A stretch of 64,000 nucleotides of DNA from Amphiscolops sp. MND2022. Taxonomy: Eukaryota. This document shows, one piece after another, positions 49,951 through 60,013 of this stretch (within the stretch, counting starts at the first letter, position 1; every line of letters begins with the position of its first letter). The notes beneath the pieces were generated by a model. The model saw nothing but the letters and a program-made list of their open reading frames with translations. It had not been told where the DNA came from and made no database searches. Both the position numbers and the translations under genes were made by a program. The stretch lies in NCBI GenBank assembly GCA_964187785.1, contig OZ076410.1, positions 8,866,001-8,930,000 of the forward strand, in the 5' to 3' direction.

Positions 49951-51162
49951 GAACCTTTGGTAAAAAATACTAAAATACCGTTTTCGACTAAAATACTTTT
50001 TGAAATAATATATACGAAACTTTGACCTTGCTATCTCGAAACTTTAATTAATGTTTGATAATATTTGTAAACAACCTTTGTGCCTTTGTCAGTTTCGTTA
50101 ATTTATACAGCTTTATCATTGTTCTATTGTGTTGCGTTCGAAAAAACAGAAACGTTCGAAATATACCATTCATTTCTTAAAGTCTTTTGCAAAACGATCT
50201 GTAGAATTGCTCCGAGACTACAGCTATTTTATGGTGGCCATAGAGAGGCATATACATTACACAGATTTTTATCGAGGCTACGGTTGAAGTGGACAAATCA
50301 GAGACTGGACAAGCTTTAACTCCTGAACTCGTGACGTCTGACCCCAAGACATGTGCGACCCTTGATGTGACCCAAGCGAAGAATCAACTGCCCGAACAAC
50401 GTCTTCCACCCCTCCTATCGCCCGCCCCAGACGTCCGCTGGGTGAAATCATCCACAGAACGGGTTCAAATTAGTGGGCATGTTCCACCTAAGGGAGACGA
50501 ATCCTCCCCGCCGAAGTAAACGAGATTAAACCAGATATTATACGCCCAAAAGCAGACCGAATCGAATGAACAACTATCATTACTGATTCAGCCGAAGGTT
50601 CGACGAAATCTTAGCAACTTTCTCGACACCACTAGAACTTCCCCCCACTGATGAGCTACCCCCATACAACCCACAGAAGATCCCCTGGTTGTTAGTAACC
50701 AAAAAACTTGAAACACATCGCGATTCTTCAGGATTTAAAATTCCTGAAAAGTTCTTGATCAAAATTTTAAACCCAGAGGCTTTATTATTTTAATTATTGT
50801 GCTAATCTTCGAGATAGCAAAGTTTGTCAAATTCGGGACACTTTTGTGTTATGTAAAACTTCCAGTTTCTTATGAAATTTGGAAAGGGTGATTGATGAAA
50901 AAACACATAGTAACACTTTCCTAAAAGGCACAAAAAAATTGACACCCTTCTTTCAAACAGAACCCAAAAAAGGGTTCAATTCGTAATTATCAACTGAAAC
51001 TCGGCATAAAATTTAGAAAACTGAGCGCTAATTGCATTTTGCTTCTTGTAAAAAAACTTTGTCCCGAATTTTCCAGGTAATCTTGTTCCAATTTGAAAAA
51101 TTGTTGGATCCGCCTTTTGATAATCCGTGTAGCCAAAAGAAAAAATCACAAAAAAATCAGTT

Positions 51163-51939
51163 TTGCGCGAAGTGTTGCAAAAAAAACGCATGGTTTTCAT
51201 ATTGGCTGCTAGTTCTTTGCACCATGCAATAGAAACGTTAACTCCCGATGAAAAAGAACGTTATGAAAGCAAAATTGTCTCTATCCCGGGCCTAAGTCTC
51301 AATCCGAACACGAAAAATCCCAAGAAGATTGTTCAAAATTTACTTTCGAAAGATCTGAAAGATAAAAAAGACATTGTGATTTGGCATGATGTTTTGAACA
51401 ATAGTATTTCGAAACATGATAGCAACAATTTACGTGCGTTATCAGTGTTGGATCTAATTAAAACATTGAAAAATCTTCAAGACAAGCTTTGTGCTCTGGT
51501 GTATTGCCAACGTTACCGCACCCCGTACATTTTCGAAGAATTGAAAGTTTTGCAATATGATCATGACATCAAAGTGTTCAGTATCGTCAAAGATTTTATA
51601 TCCGTGAAAAAACGAAAGGATCCCGAGATTCTTAAACAATTCAAGGCGTTGCATCAGAGCCCAGAGCTTGAGCTGAAAAATTTGGATTTCGTTCTTCGTA
51701 AAGAGAATCAACTCTCTGCAATAACCGATAAAAACCGACCCAAACGGCCAAGTAAGCGTGCCCGGAACGCTGCAAAGAGAGCCGCTGCCTTCTTTTACTC
51801 TCAGTTGACAACACCCCCCCCCCGCTGCTTCCAGCTGTCGAGACAGTGTCCGAACTTCACTGATCGGTTGAAGTTTCTTCAGCTCTTCCTCCTTCTTTCA
51901 GAGTTGTGTCCAGTCTTGACTGACTGGTTGATACTCTGA
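51163..51939 (+). CDS. Accessory ORF of element 2, derived SGNH-hydrolase-like fold with basic C-terminal segment
   Basis: Open frame, likely ATG at 51190: VFILAASSL (block I), KIVSIPG (II), DIVIWHDVLNN (III), ALVYCQR, FKALHQSPE (V), then RPKRPSKRARNAAKR. The SGNH assignment is by motif order only. Confidence 0.6.
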   Translation: MREVLQKKRMVFILAASSLHHAIETLTPDEKERYESKIVSIPGLSLNPNTKNPKKIVQNLLSKDLKDKKDIVIWHDVLNNSISKHDSNNLRALSVLDLIKTLKNLQDKLCALVYCQRYRTPYIFEELKVLQYDHDIKVFSIVKDFISVKKRKDPEILKQFKALHQSPELELKNLDFVLRKENQLSAITDKNRPKRPSKRARNAAKRAAAFFYSQLTTPPPRCFQLSRQCPNFTDRLKFLQLFLLLSELCPVLTDWLIL

Positions 51940-52214
51940 AAGATCGTTTCGTCCCTCACCAGCACCACCGTCAACTGAGACCGCGTTGAGTCGACGCGAC
52001 TTTGAGTTTATCGTGTTCCGTCCTCGTAGTCTGTGACTACTTTTAACTTAAAACAAAAAAAATTGCCAGTTTCTTTGTAGAAGCACTGTACAAACACAGT
52101 GTTGTCACCGATAAACACCGTTCTTTCTTCTACCGAACTTTTTCTTGAACTGTGTCCAAACTTAATTGTTTGGTTGACGTCTGAAAAAGTACAAACGCCC
52201 ACCGATCCTCAAAT

Positions 52215-54560
52215 TTGGCTACGGTCATGTCTGACCCCGTTCACGAAAAGGTGCAAAAGTTATATGACAGTCGCGCGAAAGCCGAAGCCGACCTGAACAG
52301 ATATCAAAAAGACGTGACAGAAGCAGTAAACAATGCCGATAGACGAGTACGCGTCGAACGGTTGGTCACTTCTTGCGAAGAGGCTATGACAAAAGCTTTC
52401 GCTAAGAACGAACAGCTACTCGAGCTTGCCAAAAAAACCAACGACCCGGCAACTGTCACTGCAGACCTAGAAAAATGGTTGAACGTCACGAGCATACAAA
52501 ATGACGGAATTTTGAGAAGCGCAAGGGAATATATCGATCAATGTCCCAAAACAGATAATTCTTCGCAAACTTCAGTCAAAGCTGCCACCGTAAAGACTAA
52601 GTCTAGCAAAGTTTCAAGCAGCAAAGCGTCGAAAACTTCAAGTCAGCGCCAACGAGACTTGCTTATTGCCAAACACAAGCGAGAAGAAGTAGAAAGACAA
52701 AACGAAGCTACGTAGCTAAGCAAAATCAAGAGCTCGAGCTCGAACAACTGCAAGAAGAGAACCGCAAACGACTTGCAGAGGCGCATCTAGCTGAACTTGA
52801 ACTTCAAGAAGACCCCTCTGAAGCTAACGAGGATGCTCACGAAACTCTTTCGCGTTTGAGCAGAACAACGAACGCTAGCGAAACACGCCGAGTTAGCGAC
52901 TGGGTTAACAACTCACCAATCGTTGCCACGACTCAACACGAGACGGCAAAAGCGGTGTCTGCAAGTCTAGCGACTTCGGTAACAAACACCACTGTTTCGA
53001 TTCCATCTCAGCAACCTCCGGTTAATGTCTCCCAGCCGACTTTCGCACCAGGTGATCCCAACGAAACAAACGTGGCAGTACAACTACCAACAACTACCGT
53101 TCCATCAATGAGTTTAAATCACACTCCTGCGATACAAACTCAGACTCCTCCATTGACAGCGCAAAACTTGGGGAATATCGGACCTTCAACATCAGCTGTC
53201 ATAGTACAACATCAAGTTCAACCGACAACCATCCCGGCCCAAACTGGAAGCTTTAATGCACAAGTATTAACGCCACAAACGACATCACGTATGCCCACAT
53301 TCACAATGCCGGTGAACCACATCCCCCCCCAACTTGTCCGCTTGGACCTTCCCGAACCCGACCGTTACCACCGCACCGATTGTAACAACAATTCCATCCC
53401 CGACACAGCCGACGGCACCTACATTCATACCGGTTCCTCACCTGCCAACCTGTGCCGCTCCGACAGTACCCGTTACCGCTGGTGGAACTGTATATTATGT
53501 ACCACCAGCAACCGTTACAACGCCAATTGTGTACAGTACAGTAGCACAACCGACAACTTCTCTCAGTCCTACAGCCGCTACATTTGTACCAGCCGGAACG
53601 TCAACGACTATGCAACCAAGTGCAACCGGATTCACGATACAAGATCTTGCATTGTTGTTAGCTTCAACGAAGAAAGACCATCTGCCAGAGTGGAAACTAG
53701 CACAATATAATGGTGACCCGATACAATGGCATGAATGGTTTGGCCAGTTCAAAAGTGCCATAGACTCAGCACCACTCACCGATGACGTCAAGTTAACATA
53801 CCTCAAGACTCTTGTTACAGGTAAAGCAAAAACTGCTATCGCTGAGTTTGCTTACTGCGGAGCAATGTATAGAGACGCCCTAAAGACACTAGAACGGAAG
53901 TTTGGACAGCCACAGGCTGTAGTAACTGCCTATCTGGATAAGTTGGCAAACTTTCCACCCGTGAAGATGCACAACAGTGAGAGCATCATCAGTTACTCAG
54001 CAGTAATTTGTTCTCTAGTCGAGGTCTTCCGATCTCTAAACTACGTCCAAGACCTGTCAAGCGCATCATTGCTTGGACAAGCCGTTCAAAAGCTTCCGCC
54101 AAACATGAAAGAAGCATGGTCACTGCACACAGTGAGGCGAACTTTGGACAGATCGACGCTCATTGATTTCAATGACTGGCTCAAAGACAAAGCCGGAGCG
54201 CATGAGCGCATGAAGTCTCTGCCGAACAAAGCGAAACCTGAAGAAAGTAACAACGTGACTGTAACTAAGACCAAGACTGCTTCCAAGGTTTTCGCAGCGA
54301 CGACTTCTAGTCAACAAAGTGCCAGCGCCAAAGTTAAGAATGGCAAACCGCCCAACACTTGTGCCGCTTGTAAAAAAAACATCCTTCGTGGAGATGTCCA
54401 GCATTCAGAGGAAAAACACCCACAGAAAGAGCAAGAATTGTAGCTGACAATAAGCTTTGCTTTTCATGCTTCAACCAGAACCACACGTTTCGCCAGTGCC
54501 CGCAACCCCGCAAGTGTACAAAAGATGGATGCGGGAGTTCACACAACACTTTCGTGCACG
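52215..54560 (+). pseudogene. gag: Element 2 gag (coiled-coil N-terminus, long P/T-rich linker, DUF1759-like core, zinc knuckles)
   Basis: HLPEWKLAQYNGDPIQWHEWFGQF and KLTYLKTLVTGKAK; knuckles CAACK... and CFSCFNQNH...C. Disrupted near 52713, 53330 (C8 run) and 54370 (A8 run). Confidence 0.88.
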
Positions 54561-57500
54561 GAGCTGACAGGATTTTTGCTAAGAAAGTCACTAGCGTGAA
54601 CAAGGACAAAACTGAAACATCTGGTTGTATTGGAACATCAATGAACAACGAAAAAGCAGACGAGAGCTCAGGCATGCCTTCCGTTGCCGATGTCAAAGGC
54701 CTGTTACAAGTAACGGAAGTTGAACTTCACGGGAACGGCAAAAGCGAAAAAGTCCTAGCACTGTGTGATTCTGCCTGCAGCCATTCCTGGATCTCAACAA
54801 ATCTGGCAACGAAGTTGAACGTTCACGGTACCGCAACCAAGCTTACTGTCCATGGCATAAATTCCAACCAAGTCGTAGACACCCAACTGGTGGAGCTTAA
54901 GTTGACACCCGTTCATTCGGGTGGCTCTTGCTCTTCCTTTGTTGTTAAACCGTACGTCAGGGAAGACCTCAAAATCGGAACTGACACCATCGATGTCGAA
55001 CTTTTGAAAACAAAGTACCCCCATTTGCAACCAATCTCTTTGAAAAAGTACAGCTACGCCGATGTTGAAATGATCCTAGGTCAGGACGTTTTCCACTCGA
55101 TCCGCCCGCTGGAGTATTTTGATTCCGACCGCAAAAATGCTCCAGTTGCCGTTCGTTTACCGTTGGGCTGGGTTTTGAGTGGACCGCTCCCCTCGTCCTC
55201 AGGTCTCTATTCAACTTGTTTTAAAGCTGTTGCTTCTAACAAGGAATTGGACTCCGAACTTGCCGACCAACTCCGAAGCTGGTACTATATCGAATCGTAT
55301 GGAGCGTACAAACAAGTAGATTCACGTTCCGCAGCCGATGCGAGAGCGTTGGAAATACTTGAAGAAACGACTTACCACGATGGTAACCGATACCATGTGG
55401 GAATGTTGTGGACCGAACAAGACAGTAGTTTGCCGAATAACTACTTTTCCGCGCTCGTGTAGCTGAAGTCGTTAGAACGTCGCCTCGACAAAGATCCTGA
55501 ATTGAAACAACTTTATGCCAAAACAATTCACGACGACTTCGACAAAGGTTACATCATCAAAATTGACAAAAGCGACTGTTTCAAATTAGACCAACCCCGC
55601 GAGTGGTACCTGCCACACCATCCTGTAGTGCACCCGCACAAACCTGGCAAAGTTCGCAGAGTATTGAATGGCGCAGCAAGGTTCCAGGGCCAATCTTTGA
55701 ACAACGCCTTGTTAACCGGACCGGACTTGCTACAAAGTTTGATACACATACTGATCCGCTTTCGTCAACACAAGTACGCCGTCTCTGCCGATATCGAAGG
55801 TATGTTTCTTCAAGTTGGAGTCATACCAAAAGATCAACCTTCACTTCGTTTTCTGTGGCGGGGAGACCCAGCTGCAGAAATCGCTGTGTATCAGTACGTC
55901 CGGCACATCTTCGGGTCGAAGGACTCACCAACATATGCGAACTACGCACTGAAACGTACTGGTAGCGATAACCAAGACGCTTTCCCTGAAGCAGCGAAAA
56001 GCGTTCATCGCAATTTTTACATGGACGACTACTTGGAATCAAGCCCTACGGTCGAAGAAGCCAGTAACAAAGCAAAGGACTTGGTGGCACTGCTTGCAAA
56101 AGGTGGCTTTAATCTAACTAAGTTTGTTTCCAACATTAACCACCTTTCAGCCGAACTGCAACAAAGCGGCGAACTAGCACCGACCGATGAGAAGGTGATT
56201 CCGAAACCAGACGAGTCCTCACATGTCTTGGGACTTAAATGGAATCATGCCTGTGACACTCTCGTTGTAAGTCGGGGAACGAGCCCTGCTACGAACAAGA
56301 AACTTACTCAACGAGTGGTACTGAGCGTAGTTTCAGCTGTCTACGATCCCATTGGACTCGTTGCTCCGTTTACCGTCCAAGCAAGACTGTTGTTGAAAGA
56401 CATCTGGAGATTAAGTGGTCAACAGTGGGATGACGATCTGCCAGACGAAGTCGTAACTAAGTTCAACGAATGGAGCAAGGAACTGCCAACTTTGAGCGAA
56501 ATTCAAATCCCACGGAGCTATTTCGAAGCGCGAGTTGAAACCTTGGAGCTTCATATGTTCGGTGACAGCTCTCAAGATGTCTTCAGCGCCGTCGCCTTTC
56601 TACGAGGAAAAGTTGCCACCACGACTGGTTATACAACAGAGTTAGCTTTCGTCTTTGGGAAAGCCAGAGTAGCACCCATGAAAGCCCTTACGATCCCGAA
56701 GCTTGAACTACAAGCCTCGTTGCTTGCTGCACGACTCCGAAAAGAAATTGAAAATGCGCTAACGGTCAGAGTTGCTAACACTTTCATGTGGACGGACAGC
56801 ACGACGGTCCTTCAGTGGCTCCATTCATTAGAGAAGCAACCGGTGTTTGTAACCAACCGCGTTGCCGAAATCTTGGAACTAACAACAGTGGATGAATGGA
56901 ACTATGTTAAATCAAGTGACAACCCCGCTGATGCAGGAACGCGTGGTCTTTCAGCCAACTCACTTCGTGACAGTCCTTGGCTCAAAAGTCCTTCATTCTT
57001 GCGAACACACGACTGGCCGTTCAAACCACCAAAAGAAGTTGAGGTCAAATTGAAAGCGAAAAAGTCGGACACTCCCATTTCGGAACAAGAAACTTCAGAA
57101 TTTTTGACAGCTTTAAGTGCAACCGTGATCGGCATCGCGACAACTTTCGAGTGGCAGAAGTACAGCTCGTACGAGAAACTTCTGCGCGTTGTTGCTTACA
57201 TTTTGCGCCTACTGCCAAAAAACGAAGGTTACCGATCCGACTCTGGTTTAGTAACTGACCCAAATGAAATGCGAAATGCTGAATTGAGACTTTTCTATCT
57301 CATCCAACAAGAGTCATTTCCCGTCGAACTGAAGTGCTTGCTGAAAAAATCCCCCGTCAGCAACTCTTCTAAACTTTCCCAATTCTCCCCTTTCATTGGG
57401 CCTCAAGGCCTACTGCGAGCAACCGGTCGGACCAAACAACTAACAGTTTCCAACTTCGACGCAAAACACCCTATTTTACTGGACAGCCGTCACCCCGCCG

Positions 57501-58627
57501 TACGCTTGTACTTAGAGCAGCTCCATGAAACGCATTGCCATCAGGGTGTCGACTACATGAGGGCGTTGCTGCAGCAACAGTTCGCCATCGTCAAGCTTAG
57601 AACCGCCCTGAGGTCAATTGTCTCCAAATGTGTCACTTGCCGCAAACGTCGAGCGGAAACTCTTGACCCGATAATGTCCGACCTTCCTCGGGAAAGACTG
57701 GCATTTCAAGAGCGTCCATTTACGAACACCGGAATTGACTATTTTGGCCCGTTTTACGTAGCTGTGAAAAGATCAACCGAAAAACGATGGGGATTCCTAT
57801 TCACTTGCTTAACAACCAGAGCTGTCCATTTTGAAGTTGTCCCGTCAATGGACACTAGTAGCTGTGTTATGGGAATAGAAAGATTTGCTGCCCGCCGGGG
57901 CGTCCCATCTGTTTTGTGGTCTGACAACGGAACCAATATCATCGCCAGTGAAAAGGAGTTGCTACAAAACGTGTCAGCGTGGAATCAACAGATTCTGTCT
58001 GAAGCTTTGGTCAAAAAACGGATCCACTGGAAGTTCAATCCTCCCAGTGCTCCCCACCACGGAGGTGTCTGGGAACGAATTGTCAGGAGCTTCAAACACG
58101 TTTTTTACGCAATTCTTGGAAACAGTCGCCTAACTGATGAGATACTAACAACTACCTTCTGTCTGGTAGAGCAGAGTCTCAATTCCCGTCCACTGGTACC
58201 CGTTAGCTCCGACGCTACGGATTTGGATGCCTTGACACCAAACCACTTCCTCTTGGGAACCGCGGGTTCCACAATGCCATCGCACCAAAGAGCCGACGTA
58301 GACCACAGAAAACGCTACGCACGCGCGCAAGCGTACTCAGATGCAATTTGGGACCGTTGGCTCAAAGACTACGTTCCGTCGCTTAACCGCCGTTCGTTGT
58401 GGTCAACCCAACCAGATCGAGATCTCAAGACCGGTGACCTTGTCTGGATTGTGGAGCCTACGAGTCCACGAGGACATTACCCACTTGCACGTGTGGTCAA
58501 GCTGAACTACGGTACCGACGCTGTCGCTCGTTCTGCGGAACTGAAAACCGCAACAGGAAACCTTGTTCGACCCGTTGTCAAACTTGCACCCGTTCTCCCG
58601 TCCCCCGATTCCCCCAATCTTACTTAA
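54554..58627 (+). pseudogene. pol: Element 2 pol (protease, RT, RNase H, integrase) with one in-frame stop
   Basis: ALCDSACS (protease); WYLPHHPV and NFYMDDYL (RT); HMFGDSSQD (RNase H); HETHCH...CVTC, GIDYFGP, WSDNGTN and HHGGVWERIV (integrase). TAG at 55460-55462. Confidence 0.95.
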
Positions 58628-60013
58628 TCTTTAACCTTCTTCGTTTTTGTTTTCTCTTGTAATCATGCCAAAAATGAATAAAATGTAACATGTACATCAA
58701 AAACCCATGTAATCCGTTTTCAAAAAAAGTTTCCGTTTCAATTCAAATGTTTTTTTTGCATTCACATCTTCTTGGGCCCGGAGGATGTTGTGTACACAAT
58801 ATGATTGGATTAGAACAAACTAATCTCAAGGCGCTATGGCGAAATAGGTTAGTGCGTTCGGTTCCTATTCCAAAGGTCCGGAGTTCGATTCCCGGAATCT
58901 GCGGAACCTTTGGTAAAAAATACTAAAATACCGTTTTCGACTAAAATACTTTTTGAAATAATATATACGAAACTTTGACCTTGCTATCTCGAAACTTTAA
59001 TTAATGTTTGATAATATTTGTAAACAACCTTTGTGCCTTTGTCAGTTTCGTTAATTTATACAGCTTTATCATTGTTCTATTGTGTTGCGTTCGAAAAAAC
59101 AGAAACGTTCGAAATATACCATTCATTTCTTAAAGTCTTTTGCAAAACGATCTGTAGAATTGCTCCGAGACTACAGCTATTTTAGACATACTTATTCGAA
59201 TTAGAATAATATTGAGTTATTTTCGGAACTGTGCTACTTTTATTCATAAAAATTTCAATTTTCCAAGAAGGTCGTCCTTGTTTTTTTTCAAAAAAAAATG
59301 GGTAGAAAAAAACTTTCTTAATCCAAAAGGGTATATCGTGAGTTTTTCGGCATTGTGCTATCTTTTCGGGAAGTTTTTCATTCCACGAAGGGGTTATCGT
59401 TTTGGTTTCTTGATGTTCCTGGTGATAAAAAGGTAAAGAAGCATTTTAAAAAGCCAGGTTCGCTCTTTCTCTCGGTGAATCTCTTTTTGCTTTAAAAAAG
59501 GAGTCTCATTGTGCCCGGAGAGCGTCGCTCGGAAATTAGATTAAAAACGACAGTGCCATTGCGTCTCTTTTCTGAGTCAATTTTCAAAACTTACTCAAAA
59601 CTTACTCAAAACAGACTCCAATAGTTATCGCATGAAAACGTTTTTCCTTTGTAATTCTTCAATATATATCAATGATAATTGTTATCGGAAGAAAATTGTT
59701 TGGATAGGGGTTGTCTGAAATTCAAATAGGATTTGATTGTTCACCGCGGTTTATTTATGTACCAATGTAAACATAGGTTTGTTTCAAATACACTGCTACA
59801 AACTGAAATTATTTTAATGTGCCTAAGACGAAACAGTGGTTTCTGGGACTATTGGCAGTTTATCGGGAATTCGGATTGAACGGCGGTTTTCAGTGGAAAA
59901 AATTGAACACTTCAAAAAATTCTACCACTTTGGAAACCAGCGGTGGAAAAGGCGATTGATTTTGTTTCTTATTCAGCGCAATATTCATGATTCATCAGCA
60001 GAAGATATCATTT

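Larger units (their letters stand above)
49833..59184 (+). mobile_element. Young full-length BEL/Pao LTR retrotransposon, element 2 (9352 bp)
   Basis: 399-bp LTRs at 49833-50231 and 58786-59184 with 4 differences seen. TSD GACAT at 49828-49832 and 59185-59189. PBS TGGTGGCCATAGAGAGG at 50232; PPT GGGCCCGGAGGA. Confidence 0.96.

Noticed and set aside
53301-58330. Many short alternative-frame and antisense ORFs over the BEL/Pao pol genes (also 15923-20369)
   Set aside because: They overlap gag-pol and have no independent motifs.
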